64,000 bases of DNA from Actinomycetes bacterium (GCA_023420415.1 JAEZWF010000017.1:39501-103500), one strand, 5' to 3'. Positions 51,807 to 61,583 are shown, counted from the first letter of the stretch. Notes: generated by a model from the sequence alone, not told the origin. Numbers and translations are program-made.

Positions 51807-53197
51807 GAGACGGACAGCTTTCCGTCGAGGGTGGCGCCGTCCTCGATCCGGATCGGCTCGTCTCCCTCGACGACGACGTCACCGACGCAACGCACCTCTG
51901 CGCCGAACGTCGCGTCGGCGCGCACGGTCAGTGAGGTGCAGTCCGCGAGTGACGGTGCGCCAGAAGGGAACCGGGTGTCGAAGTCGTCGATCAGCTTGTA
52001 GTGGTCGTCGAGGTCGACACGTGGGTCGGGCCGGTCGCTGCGGGCCACCACCCGGCTCTCGTCATCGAGGGCAAAGAGGTCGGAGCGCAGCAGGAGCAGC
52101 TCGTTCGTGGTCTTGACCGGCCGGAACCGGCTGCGCGGCACCTGCAGGGCCCGTGAGCCCTCGAAGACCTCGACCGCGGTGCCCATGGCCGACTCGATCT
52201 GGATCACCGGAGGGGTGTCCTTGCGGCTCGGGTCGACCGTCTTGCGGTTAACGATGATGGGCAGACCGAGGACGCCGTCGCGCTCGGCGAGCGCCTGCGC
52301 GAGCACGTCGAGGTCGACCCACAGGTTGTTGGCGTGGAAGAGCCGGTGCCGGTGCTCGTCCTGGAAGTACTTCTGGTCCTCGTCCGGGGTCATGGCACTG
52401 TCGCGCAGGACGAGCTGGCCGTCGGACTTGCGGATCGCGAGGTGGCCGCCCTTGCGGTCGTTCGCGGTGCGGTGGCACACCTCGGCGACATAGGGGATGC
52501 CCTCGCGTGCCATCCACGCCGGGATCGTCGGGTCACACGTGGCGCCGAGGTTGTCGGAGTTCGACAGGAAGATGTATCGAAAACCCTTGTCCTGCAACGC
52601 CTTCAGCACGCCACTGGCGACCAGCGCAACGTAGACGTCCCCGTGCCCGGGCGGACACCACTCGAGGTCGGGGTCGTCCGGCCAGTCGACCGGGGTGAGG
52701 TCGTCGGCGAGCAGCTTGGGCTCGGCATTCTGGAGGAAGTCCAGCGGCAGGCCGTCGACGGCGAGGTCCGGGTAGGCCTCGAGCACCCGCACCGAGGCGT
52801 CCCGCGTGCGGAAGGAGTCCATGAGCAGCAGCGGCACCTGCACGTCGTACTGCTTGCGCAGGGCCAGCACCTGCCGCGCGATGACGTCGAGGAAGCTCAG
52901 GCCGTCGCGGACCTCGAGCACCGACTTGGGCCCGGACAGACCCATGCTGGTGCCGAGCCCGCCGTTGAGCTTGACCACCGCCGTGCGACCCAGCGCCTCC
53001 GCGCGCTCCTCCTCGGTGACGTCGAGGTCCTCCAAGGTGGGGACGTCGCCGATCGGGTCGATGCTCGACTCCGGGATGAGGCCCGTGCTGCCCGCCTCGA
53101 GCTCGCGGTAGTAGTGCGTGAAGACGCGGATGGCGCGCTCGTCGATGTCGCGCGCGCGCATGCGCTGCACTGCTGCTGCCAGACCGGCGTCGCTCAT
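51803..53197 (-). CDS. UTP--glucose-1-phosphate uridylyltransferase of the eukaryotic-type UDPGP family
   Basis: KLNGGLGTSMG..GPKS, LLMDSF.T, WCPPGHGDVY, SNSDNLGA, KGGH, RSRF.PVKTT.ELL.LRSD. Confidence 0.92.
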   Translation of the reverse strand: MSDAGLAAAVQRMRARDIDERAIRVFTHYYRELEAGSTGLIPESSIDPIGDVPTLEDLDVTEEERAEALGRTAVVKLNGGLGTSMGLSGPKSVLEVRDGLSFLDVIARQVLALRKQYDVQVPLLLMDSFRTRDASVRVLEAYPDLAVDGLPLDFLQNAEPKLLADDLTPVDWPDDPDLEWCPPGHGDVYVALVASGVLKALQDKGFRYIFLSNSDNLGATCDPTIPAWMAREGIPYVAEVCHRTANDRKGGHLAIRKSDGQLVLRDSAMTPDEDQKYFQDEHRHRLFHANNLWVDLDVLAQALAERDGVLGLPIIVNRKTVDPSRKDTPPVIQIESAMGTAVEVFEGSRALQVPRSRFRPVKTTNELLLLRSDLFALDDESRVVARSDRPDPRVDLDDHYKLIDDFDTRFPSGAPSLADCTSLTVRADATFGAEVRCVGDVVVEGDEPIRIEDGATLDGKLSVS

Positions 53198-53227
53198 GCT
53201 GTCAACCCTAGTGCGACGATTCAGGGC

Positions 53228-53785
53228 ATGACCGGTTCGGCCCAGCCCAAGGACGCGGTGCGCGCCGCGGTGCGCGAGCGCCGCCGCGACCTGGTGCCGG
53301 GTCGTGACCGCGCGGCCGATGCCACCGCGATCGCCCGGCTGGGTCTCGAGGCCGGGTATGCCGCGGGGCTGGCTCCCGGTGACTGGGTCGCCGTCTACGA
53401 GTCGTTGCCGTCGGAGCCGCCGACGGAGGCGCTCATCGCGGCGCTGGAGGCACGCGGCATACGCGTCATGGTCCCCATCACCCGGCCCGACTGGGAGCTG
53501 GACTGGCGCGAGGTCGACGACCCGCACGGGACGCCGCTGGGGTTGGACGCCATCGGTCGGGCCGGGGTCGTCTTCGTGCCCGCCCAGTCCGTCGACCGCG
53601 CGGGCACGCGGGTGGGGCGGGGCAAGGGCTGCTACGACCGCGCCCTGCCGCGTACCGCGGCGGTGACGATCGCGGTCGTGCACCCGTGGGAGGTCTCGGG
53701 CGAACCGCTCCCCCACGACGAGCACGACCGCCCCGTCGACGCCGTCCTCACCGCCGACGGGCTGACCCCCCTCGAGCGCGACTGA
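53228..53785 (+). CDS. 5-formyltetrahydrofolate cyclo-ligase
   Basis: EPPT, VFVPA..VDR.G.RVGRGKGCYDRAL, LPHDEHDRPVD.VLT. Confidence 0.9.
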   Translation: MTGSAQPKDAVRAAVRERRRDLVPGRDRAADATAIARLGLEAGYAAGLAPGDWVAVYESLPSEPPTEALIAALEARGIRVMVPITRPDWELDWREVDDPHGTPLGLDAIGRAGVVFVPAQSVDRAGTRVGRGKGCYDRALPRTAAVTIAVVHPWEVSGEPLPHDEHDRPVDAVLTADGLTPLERD

Positions 53786-53798
53786 TGGGACCCGCGGC

Positions 53799-53895
53799 CG
53801 GAAGTTGGCCGCTTCTCGGCCCGTTGGCCGTTATCCCGACCACGAACGCGAGAACCGACCAGCTTTCGCCGGCGGGGTCAGCGGCCAGGTGAGGC
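53799..53895 (+). repeat. 97-bp direct repeat, copy 1, with an internal imperfect inverted repeat
   Basis: CGGAAGTTGGCCGCTTCTCG...CGAGAACCGACCAGCTTTCG...GGTCAGCGGCCAGGTGAGGC; copy 2 at 54375-54471. Confidence 0.9.
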
Positions 53896-54012
53896 CTGGA
53901 TCGCAATGATGGTCCGCTCCTTTGGTCGGTTTGCACCCAGCCGTAGATGCGCCGGCCGCTACGCCTTGCTTCCGCCTCGGGAACAAGGCGTAGCAACCGT
54001 GCAAAGTCTCGT

Positions 54013-54333
54013 CTAGTGGCGTCCCGACTCGGGACTGCGGCTGGGGCGCCAGGGCGCACGGCGCGCCGGACCCTCGACCGGCCGTCGCAGCCACAGCACG
54101 AGAAACACGGTCTCCGCTAGCGCAACGACCGAGAACACGATGAGGAGGGGCAAGCCCTCGGGCAGTTCCCCACCCAGAACCCACGCCACGACGAAGCCCA
54201 GGCAGAGGTAGGGAAAGGCCCACATGGCCTGCAGGAAACGCCAGCTCGGCGCGGCATCAAGGAGGCGCCGTCTGCGACGCTGCCGCCACGGCAACGCCGC
54301 CTGGGCTGCCTGCTCCTCGTGCTCCGTGGTCAT
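54013..54333 (-). CDS. Small hypothetical membrane protein between the 97-bp repeats
   Basis: ATG 54333 with a GGAG RBS; two hydrophobic segments. Confidence 0.6.
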   Translation of the reverse strand: MTTEHEEQAAQAALPWRQRRRRRLLDAAPSWRFLQAMWAFPYLCLGFVVAWVLGGELPEGLPLLIVFSVVALAETVFLVLWLRRPVEGPARRAPWRPSRSPESGRH

Positions 54334-54374
54334 GACGGCATTCTCCACCTCGCGGCTGGCTGACCACCCGCGCG

Positions 54375-54471
54375 CGGAAGTTGGCCGCTTCTCGACCCGC
54401 TGGCCGTTATCCCGACCACGAACGCGAGAACCGACCAGCTTTCGCCGCCGAGGTCAGCGGCCGGGTGAGGC
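54375..54471 (+). repeat. 97-bp direct repeat, copy 2, overlapping the acylase 3' end
   Basis: About 5 mismatches to copy 1; the last 18 bp encode A-S-P-G-R-stop of the acylase on the minus strand. Confidence 0.9.
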
Positions 54472-57117
54472 GTTGGTGGACTGGGGCACCAGGGTGAGCT
54501 CGTCGCCGCCCGCCTCGCGGACCGCCTTCTCGGTGAACGGCCACGGGTAGAGCTCGTTCTTGACCCACGCCTGCGTCTGGTCGGAGTAATGGTCGGAGTA
54601 GACGTGGCCGCTGTTGCCGGTCTGGTTGACCCACTGCGACGCGTCGAGGTTCGACAGGTCGACGACCATCCGCATCGAGGGAGCCCAGTCGACGTCGTAG
54701 GCGTCGCCCGGGTCGCCGTCGAGGCCCTTGCTCGCGTCCCAGCCGTTGGCGTTGACGATGGCCGAGCCGCCCGGCATGTCATAGGGGCCCTTGTTGAACA
54801 TGTCGCGCACGAAGCCCGGCACGCCGTCGCCGCCGAGCACCTGGTGCTCGAGCGTGAGCTGGTGCAACCGGCCCCAGCGCCAGTCACTGGGATCCTTGCC
54901 GAGCTGCTTGGTGAGGTCGAGACGGGCCTCAACGAGGGCCTTGCGCAGGATCTCGGCCTGCCCCTCGGTCACGCCGGCGGTGCGCTTGTCGTCCCACCAC
55001 GCCGACTTGGGCTTGGTCAGCAGCTGCGTCATCGCCGCCATCCACTGGTCACCACCGTTGGCCCGCAGGTCCTTGGGCAGCTCGTCGTTGAAGGTCAGGT
55101 CCAGCAGCCGCGCCCACACCGCGTTGTAGTAAGCCGCGGCGGCAGCGGCATCGGAGTCGTCGGCCGGCTGGGTGAAGTTCCAGCCACGCAACAGGTCCTG
55201 GGCCTGCTTGGTGAAGTCGTCGCCACCCAGGTTGACCGACAGCAGGGCCTTGACGAGCGTCGGCGCGAACTGGTTGCGGGTGTCGCCCTGGATCCTCGAC
55301 ATCGTCGCGGCCGTCACCTTGTCGTCCTTGGCGAGCAGGTCGCGAATGCGCTGCGCCCGGTACCCGTAGTCCCACTCGTTGGTGAGGAAGGGGCTGCCGC
55401 TGCGCGTGACCGCCTGGTTGGCCGTGACGATGAAACCCTCAGGTGGGTTGTAGGTCCACGGCAGCTCCTCGAACGGCACGTAGCCCTTCCAGTCCCACGA
55501 CGACACCCAGCCCGGGCGGATCCAGTACCCCGGGGCCGCCTCCATGTACCGGGTGCGGATCGGGATGCGGCCCGGCGCCTGGTAGCCGATGTTGCCGGCG
55601 GTGTCGGCGTAGATGAGGTTCTGCGCCGGGGCCGCGAAGTCAGCCGCAGCCGCCCGGAACTCCTCGAAGTTCTGCGCCTTGTTGATGGCGAAGATCGCGT
55701 CGGCCGTCTTGTTGGGCTCGAGCCCGGTCCACTGCAGCGCGACCTCGTAGGACCCGGGACTGGTGCGTCCGTTGACCGGAGGGGTGTCACCGGCCTCGGC
55801 CACCGGTTGCAGCGCATCGGACAGGATCGGGCCGTGGCGGGTGGAGCGCACCGTGATGGTCTGCTCTCCCCCACCGCCGATCTTGATCGTCTCGGTGCGC
55901 ATGGTCAGCGGCACCTGCTTGCCGTCGCGCAGGTAGGAGTCACCGCTCACCTGCTCGAGGAAGAAGTCGGTCACGTCCGGCCCGAGGTTGGTGAACCCCC
56001 AGGCGACCTTGTCGTTGTGCCCGATGACCACACCCGGCAGCCCAGAGAAGGAGTAGCCGGTCACCTTGAACGGGCACGCCTCCGACACGGTGCGGCAGTT
56101 CAGCCCCACCTGGTACCAGATGCCCGGAATGCTCGTCCCAAGGTGAGGGTCGTTGGCCAGCAACGGTTTTCCGGTCGCGGTGCGGCTGCCGGAGACCACC
56201 CACGAGTTCGACCCGATGCCGTCACCGCGACCCACCGTCGCGGGGACCGCCGCGAGCGCACGCGACACCGCGGCATACGCCGCCTGCACTCCCTTGTCCG
56301 TCGGCGAGGGGACGGCCGCACTCGTCGCGCCCCCACGCGGCGGCAGCGACGGCACGGCCGAGTTGGCTCCGCCGCCGGAGCTGCCCGCCGGTGAGGCGCC
56401 GCTCTGCCAGTCCTGCGGCGACAGGATCGCCTTGTTGGTCTCGAAGTCGTAGGGCGGCCACAGCTCGTTGATCTGGTTGATCGACATGGTGCCGGCCAGG
56501 CGGGCGCGCATCAGCTCGGCGTCGTAGTCGCCCTTGAGGTCCCACGCCATCGCCTTGAGCCAGGCGAGGGAGTCGGCAGGCGTCCAGTCCTCGACGCGGT
56601 AGTCCGGGACCTTCTGCGCGAGCAGGACGTACTCGAGCGCCATCTTCGACGGGGTGCCGGCCTGCTTGATGTAGGCGTTGACGCCGTCGGCGTAGGCCTG
56701 CAGGTAACGCCGAGTCTCCGGCTTGAGTGTGGGCAGCTCCTGCTCGGCGACCCGCCGCCAGCCCAGCGTGCGGATCACGCGGTCGGTCTCGAGTCCCTGT
56801 TGACCGACGAGCTCGGAGAGCCGCCCGGCCGTGATGTGACGACGCAGGTCCATCTCGAAGAACCGGTCCTGCGCGTGGACGAATCCCTGTGCCTTGAAAA
56901 GGTCTTCGGCCGAGTCGGCATAGATCTGGGGTATGCCGCGGTCGTCACGAAGGACGGTCACCTTGCTTCCCAGCCCCGGCACCTGGAGCTCGCCCTCGGT
57001 GGTCGGGAACGGCCGCCTCACCCAGGTGACGGCGAGAACCGCAGCAATTCCGATGACCACGACCAGCAGCGCCGCGACTGCCACGGCGATGCGGCGGATG
57101 AGTTTCCAGCGCGACAC
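54454..57117 (-). CDS. Penicillin acylase family Ntn-hydrolase (peptidase S45), membrane-anchored
   Basis: AQGFVHAQDRFFEMDLRR, GSNSWVV, LLANDPHL, AWGFTN, PSMRMVVDL, G.SGH..S.HY.DQ. Confidence 0.93.
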   Translation of the reverse strand: MSRWKLIRRIAVAVAALLVVVIGIAAVLAVTWVRRPFPTTEGELQVPGLGSKVTVLRDDRGIPQIYADSAEDLFKAQGFVHAQDRFFEMDLRRHITAGRLSELVGQQGLETDRVIRTLGWRRVAEQELPTLKPETRRYLQAYADGVNAYIKQAGTPSKMALEYVLLAQKVPDYRVEDWTPADSLAWLKAMAWDLKGDYDAELMRARLAGTMSINQINELWPPYDFETNKAILSPQDWQSGASPAGSSGGGANSAVPSLPPRGGATSAAVPSPTDKGVQAAYAAVSRALAAVPATVGRGDGIGSNSWVVSGSRTATGKPLLANDPHLGTSIPGIWYQVGLNCRTVSEACPFKVTGYSFSGLPGVVIGHNDKVAWGFTNLGPDVTDFFLEQVSGDSYLRDGKQVPLTMRTETIKIGGGGEQTITVRSTRHGPILSDALQPVAEAGDTPPVNGRTSPGSYEVALQWTGLEPNKTADAIFAINKAQNFEEFRAAAADFAAPAQNLIYADTAGNIGYQAPGRIPIRTRYMEAAPGYWIRPGWVSSWDWKGYVPFEELPWTYNPPEGFIVTANQAVTRSGSPFLTNEWDYGYRAQRIRDLLAKDDKVTAATMSRIQGDTRNQFAPTLVKALLSVNLGGDDFTKQAQDLLRGWNFTQPADDSDAAAAAAYYNAVWARLLDLTFNDELPKDLRANGGDQWMAAMTQLLTKPKSAWWDDKRTAGVTEGQAEILRKALVEARLDLTKQLGKDPSDWRWGRLHQLTLEHQVLGGDGVPGFVRDMFNKGPYDMPGGSAIVNANGWDASKGLDGDPGDAYDVDWAPSMRMVVDLSNLDASQWVNQTGNSGHVYSDHYSDQTQAWVKNELYPWPFTEKAVREAGGDELTLVPQSTNASPGR

Positions 57118-57164
57118 CCTGCGAGACTATCCGCACCTCGACGACGGAAAGGACGTGACTGGCC

Positions 57165-58712
57165 GTGCCGACCGGATTGACCTCTGCCGCCAGCGAGTCC
57201 TTCACGTTGCACGACCTCACGCCGGCGTTGCTGATCGGCTCGATCGTGCTGCTCGTCTCCGTCGTCGCCGTGCGGCTCTCGGTCAAGTCCGGGTTGCCGT
57301 CGCTGCTGCTCTACCTCGCCATCGGCCTGGCCATCGGCGAGTCAGGACCGTTGCTGCACATCGACTTCGAGTCCGAGGAGCTCACCCAGGTCCTGGGTTA
57401 CAGCGCCCTCATCCTCATCCTCTCCGAGGGCGGGCTGAGCACCCGCTGGGAGGGCATCAAGCGGTCGGTCGCACCGGCCGCGGTCCTGTCGACCGTCGGC
57501 GTGCTCGTGTCCGTGTTCGTCGTGGCGCTGGCCGCCCGGTTCGTCCTGAACCTCGACTGGAACACCGCCCTGCTCGTCGGCGCGATCCTGTCCTCGACCG
57601 ACGCGGCAGCCGTCTTCTCGGTGCTGCGCCGGGTGCCGTTGCCGCGCCGCATCACCGGCATGCTCGAGGCGGAGTCGGGGTTCAACGACGCCCCGGTCGT
57701 CATCCTCGTGACCGCCCTCGCCGCCCGCAGCGCCGACCCGTCCCACGCGGAGCCCTGGTGGCAGCTCGGCATCACCGCGGCATACGAGCTCGCCGTCGGC
57801 GCCCTCGTGGGACTTGCCATCGGCTGGCTGGGCGGCAAGTTCATGAAGCGGGTGGCGCCGGGTTCGTCGGGTCTGTTCAGCATCGGTGTCGTCGCCGTGA
57901 CCGTCCTCGCGTATGCCGCGGCCGCGTCGATCCACACCAGCGGCTTCATCGCGTGCTACCTGGCGGCGTTGGTCCTCGGCAACTCGCGGTTGCCGCACGG
58001 GCCGGCGGTCCAGGGCCTGTCGACCGCGCTCGGCTGGCTGGCGCAGATCGGGCTCTTCGTCCTCCTCGGCCTGCTCGCCTCACCCAGCCAGATGGGCGAC
58101 CAGATCGTGCCGGCCATCGTGATCGGCCTGGTGCTGCTGCTCGTCGCGCGACCGCTGTCGGTCATCGTCTCGGTGGCGCCGTTCCGCATCGGCTGGCGTG
58201 ACCAGGCGTTCCTGTCGTGGGCCGGTCTGCGGGGCGCGGTGCCGGTCGTGCTCGCGACCGTGCCGGCGACGGCGGGCGCGGGTCAGGTGAGCTGGATCTT
58301 CGAGCTGGTCTTCGTGCTCGTCATCATCTTCACGATCGTGCAGGGCAACACGCTGCCGTGGGTGGCCCGACGGCTGGGGGTGGTCGAGGACTACAGCGCG
58401 CTCGACCTGGCCGTGGAGGCCACGCCGCTGGAGGAGCTCGACGCCGACCTGATGCAGGTGGGCGTGGGTCCCGCCAGCAAGCTGCACGGTGTCGAGATCT
58501 TCGAGCTGCGGCTGCCCGAGGGCGCCAACGTCACCCTCGTCGTGCGCGGGGACAAGGGGTTCGTGCCCGCCGGCAACACCGTCATCCGCACCGGGGACCA
58601 GCTGCTGATCGTCACGACCGCCGAGGTGCGCAGCAAGGCCGAGAAGCGGGTTCGCGCGGTCAGCCAGTACGGCCGCCTCGCCGGCTGGACCAAGGGACCT
58701 CCGCGCAGCTGA
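57165..58712 (+). CDS. Potassium/proton antiporter (CPA1, NhaP2-like) with a C-terminal RCK_C domain
   Basis: SSTDAAAVFSVLR, LEAESGFNDAP, LF.LLGLL, SWAGLRGAVP. Confidence 0.92.
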   Translation: MPTGLTSAASESFTLHDLTPALLIGSIVLLVSVVAVRLSVKSGLPSLLLYLAIGLAIGESGPLLHIDFESEELTQVLGYSALILILSEGGLSTRWEGIKRSVAPAAVLSTVGVLVSVFVVALAARFVLNLDWNTALLVGAILSSTDAAAVFSVLRRVPLPRRITGMLEAESGFNDAPVVILVTALAARSADPSHAEPWWQLGITAAYELAVGALVGLAIGWLGGKFMKRVAPGSSGLFSIGVVAVTVLAYAAAASIHTSGFIACYLAALVLGNSRLPHGPAVQGLSTALGWLAQIGLFVLLGLLASPSQMGDQIVPAIVIGLVLLLVARPLSVIVSVAPFRIGWRDQAFLSWAGLRGAVPVVLATVPATAGAGQVSWIFELVFVLVIIFTIVQGNTLPWVARRLGVVEDYSALDLAVEATPLEELDADLMQVGVGPASKLHGVEIFELRLPEGANVTLVVRGDKGFVPAGNTVIRTGDQLLIVTTAEVRSKAEKRVRAVSQYGRLAGWTKGPPRS

Positions 58713-58787
58713 GTGCCGCGGACCCACCCCACGGTCGTCCTCAGGCACTCCAGTGGGGAACAAAGCACGGCCGGTTCGGCCTTACAC

Positions 58788-58814
58788 TTGGCACTCGAAC
58801 GTTTCGAGTGCCAG
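58788..58814. promoter_or_regulatory. CIRCE element (HrcA operator)
   Basis: TTGGCACTC-N9-GAGTGCCAG versus consensus TTAGCACTC-N9-GAGTGCTAA, just after a TACACT -10-like hexamer. Confidence 0.85.
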
Positions 58815-58860
58815 TCTGCCGGGCGGCATCCCGACCGGCCCACGACCTCCAGGAGCAACC

Positions 58861-59202
58861 GTGCCGACGTACACCTACGCGTGCACCGACTGCGGCCACC
58901 GTTTCGACACGGTGCAGTCCTTCAGCGACGACGCGCTCACCACCTGCCCCGAGTGCAACGGCAAGCTGCGCAAGGTCTTCAGCCCGGTCGGTGTCGTGTT
59001 CAAGGGCGGCGGTTTCTACCGCACCGACTCCCGCAGCGGCTCGTCCTCGTCGGTGCCGGCGTCCTCTGAGTCCAAGTCCGACTCCGGGAAGTCCGACTCC
59101 GGTTCGTCTGCGTCTTCGTCAGCGTCGGGCTCGTCGGGCAAGAGCGACTCGTCGAGCAGCTCCGCCAAGGCGACCACGAGCACCGGCGGCTCGGCCGCCT
59201 GA
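58861..59202 (+). CDS. FmdB family zinc-ribbon protein (Rv0991c-like)
   Basis: PTYTYACTDCG..F..VQ.FSDD.LT.CPEC.G.LRK..F..VGVVFKG.GFYRTDSR, Ser-rich tail; AGGAG RBS. Confidence 0.92.
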   Translation: MPTYTYACTDCGHRFDTVQSFSDDALTTCPECNGKLRKVFSPVGVVFKGGGFYRTDSRSGSSSSVPASSESKSDSGKSDSGSSASSSASGSSGKSDSSSSSAKATTSTGGSAA

Positions 59203-59322
59203 GCCGGCCACGCGGCATACCTCACGGCGCTCGTCCTCCACAGGGGACGGGCGCCGTCGCCTTTGTCCACAGCCGTTTTCGCCCGTATGCCGCGTGCTCA
59301 CCTGCGTGCGTAGGCTGCCGGC

Positions 59323-60177
59323 ATGGCTTTCTCCCCCAGTGACGGCACCGGCGGCCCGCGCGCCACGCTCGGGCTGATCGGCGGCTCGGGCTTCTACGAG
59401 TTCTTCGAGTCGGCGCAACGGGTGAAGGTGACGACGCCGTTCGGCGACCCGAGCGACGACCTCGTCATCGGCGACGTCGGCGGGCGGCAGGTCGCGTTCA
59501 TCGCCAGGCACGGGCAGGGGCACCGGTTCCCGCCCCACCGGGTCAACTACCGAGCCAACCTGTGGGCGCTGCGCTCGGTCGGGGTGCGGCAGGTGCTGGC
59601 CCCGTGTGCGGTCGGGTCGCTCGTGCCCGCCAACGGGCCCGGCACGGTGGTGGTACCCGACCAGGTGGTCGACCGCACCTGGGGGCGCGAGCAGACGATC
59701 TACGGCGAGGAGGGGCAGGTCGTCCACGTCGGGTTCGCCGATCCCTACTGCCCGCGCGGGCGTGCCGTGGCGGCGCGGTCGGCGAGCGAGGCCGGGCTGC
59801 CGGTGGTCGACTCGGGGACGCTCGTCGTCATCAACGGGCCGCGGTTCTCCTCGCGCGCCGAGTCGCAGTGGCACCAGGCCGCGGGTTGGTCGATCGTGGG
59901 CATGACCGCGATGCCGGAGGCCGCGATCGCCCGCGAGCTGGCCATGTGCTTCACGACCATCGCGCTCGTCACCGACCACGACGCCGGGGTCGAGGGTGGT
60001 GACGCCGTCACGCACGAGGAGGTGCTGCAGGTGTTCGCCCGCAACATCGATGGGCTGAAGCAGGTGTTGCGCACCGCGTTGACCGCCATGCCTGCCGACG
60101 AGAGCGACGCCGAGGCGACGTGCGCGTGCCGACGGGCACTGGACGGCATACAGCTGCCGTTTGCGTTGCCGGACTAG
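59323..60177 (+). CDS. mtnP: S-methyl-5'-thioadenosine phosphorylase
   Basis: GLIGGSG, TPFG.PS, RHG..H..PPH.VNYRAN.WAL, GPRFS.RAES, VGMT..PEA..ARE, VTD.DAG. Confidence 0.93.
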   Translation: MAFSPSDGTGGPRATLGLIGGSGFYEFFESAQRVKVTTPFGDPSDDLVIGDVGGRQVAFIARHGQGHRFPPHRVNYRANLWALRSVGVRQVLAPCAVGSLVPANGPGTVVVPDQVVDRTWGREQTIYGEEGQVVHVGFADPYCPRGRAVAARSASEAGLPVVDSGTLVVINGPRFSSRAESQWHQAAGWSIVGMTAMPEAAIARELAMCFTTIALVTDHDAGVEGGDAVTHEEVLQVFARNIDGLKQVLRTALTAMPADESDAEATCACRRALDGIQLPFALPD

Positions 60178-60220
60178 GGATTTCGAACTGAGGGTTGCGA
60201 GGGGGCACACGGTGGTGGGG

Positions 60221-60898
60221 ATGGTGCGACGAGCCGTCGCGGCGTTGCGTGCGCCGGGCCGACGGGCCGGGTGGAGACGGCACGTGCTGCGGCGGGTCCT
60301 GGCTGCGGGGTGCGCGGTGGTGGCCGTGCTGGCCGGTCTCGCGGTCGTGCGCCAGCCGGGCGAACCGACCGTGCCGGTGCTCGTGGCCGCGCGGGCGATC
60401 CCGGCTGGGTCGCCGGTCGAACCACAGGCGGTGCGGGTGGTGCGGTGGCCAGCGGGGCTGGTCCCCGAAGGTGCGGTGAGGGGGCCGGCAGAGGCGCTGG
60501 GGCGGGTCGTGGTGAGCCCCGTGGCCCGTGGCGAGACGTTGACGGCCAGCCGGTTCAGCACCCGGTCGTTGCTCGAGGGCCGGGGCGAGGACCAGCTCGC
60601 GGTCCACGTCAGCGTCGCCGACGAGGGCGCCGTGGCGATGGTGTCGGCCGGCGACCGCGTCGACCTCGTGGGCGCCGGCGCCGTGGTCGCCCGCGACGTC
60701 GAGGTGCTGCGGGTGGACCGGCCGGTGCGCACCGACTTCGGTGCCGTGATCGAAGGCCAGGGGTCGTCGTCGGGGTATGCCGCGGGCGGGCCGGGACTGG
60801 TCGTGGCGGCCGACCCGCGCGCGGCCGAGGCCATCGCGGGCGCGCCGGTCGACGCCACCGGGCGGCCGGACCTGCGGGTGCTGCTGCGTCCGCGGTGA
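60221..60898 (+). CDS. SAF-domain protein (start uncertain)
   Basis: VLVAARAIPAG, V..GE.LT..R, GDRVDLV; conserved neighbourhood between MTAP and mscL. Confidence 0.78.
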   Translation: MVRRAVAALRAPGRRAGWRRHVLRRVLAAGCAVVAVLAGLAVVRQPGEPTVPVLVAARAIPAGSPVEPQAVRVVRWPAGLVPEGAVRGPAEALGRVVVSPVARGETLTASRFSTRSLLEGRGEDQLAVHVSVADEGAVAMVSAGDRVDLVGAGAVVARDVEVLRVDRPVRTDFGAVIEGQGSSSGYAAGGPGLVVAADPRAAEAIAGAPVDATGRPDLRVLLRPR

Positions 60899-60990
60899 CC
60901 CGCTGTGACCCGCTGTGACCCGCTGTGGCCCGAGCCGCTGACTCGCCGTGGCCCGAGCCGCTGTGACCCGCTGTGACGCGAGCCGTGGCC
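60895..60990. repeat. Short tandem repeat GTGACCCGCT with degenerate variants
   Basis: Three exact 10-mers, then GTGGCCCGAGCCGCTG variants. Confidence 0.8.
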
Positions 60991-61172
60991 GCGCCTGGTC
61001 CGCCCCGAACAGGCCATTAACACGCCACTTACGGGGGCGACGCAGCACAACCATCAAGTTGTGACCGATTCGTGACGACGAAACACCCTGCGTGCATGTT
61101 GCGCGGTGGGGCGCATTTGTCGCTACGGTTACTCGCCGTAACGGCATCAACATCGAAAGGGCGGGACAACCC

Positions 61173-61532
61173 ATGAAGGGTTTCAAGGATTTCGTGATGC
61201 GGGGCAATCTCGTCGAGCTTGCCGTCGCATTCATCATCGCGGGCGCATTCGCCAAGGTTGTGGAGGCGTTCGTGACGGTTCTCATGGACCTCATCGGCAA
61301 GGCCGGTGGCACCCCGGACTTCTCCTCCTGGAAGCCGGGCGGCGTTTCGCTGGGTGCGTTCATCACCGTGCTGATCTCGTTCCTGTTCCTCGCCTTCATC
61401 GTGTACTTCTTCGTGGTGAAGCCCTACGAGGCCGCGAAGTCCCGGTTCTCCAAGACCGAGGAGGACGCTGCTCCGGACGAGGACATCGTCCTGCTGCGCG
61501 AGATCCGCGACGCGCTCACCCGCCGCGCCTGA
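61173..61532 (+). CDS. mscL: Large-conductance mechanosensitive channel
   Basis: MKGFKDFVMRGNLVELAVAFII..AF, F...IVYFFVVKP, LLREIRDAL. Confidence 0.95.
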   Translation: MKGFKDFVMRGNLVELAVAFIIAGAFAKVVEAFVTVLMDLIGKAGGTPDFSSWKPGGVSLGAFITVLISFLFLAFIVYFFVVKPYEAAKSRFSKTEEDAAPDEDIVLLREIRDALTRRA

Positions 61533-61583
61533 CCCAGGCGCTCAGGCACTGAGCACCGGACGCCACACGCGTCCACCGATCGC

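Noticed and set aside
60895..60990. Tandem 10-mer as a phase-variation or iteron site
   Set aside because: It lies at and after a stop codon, is degenerate, and has no adjacent rep gene or evident promoter role.
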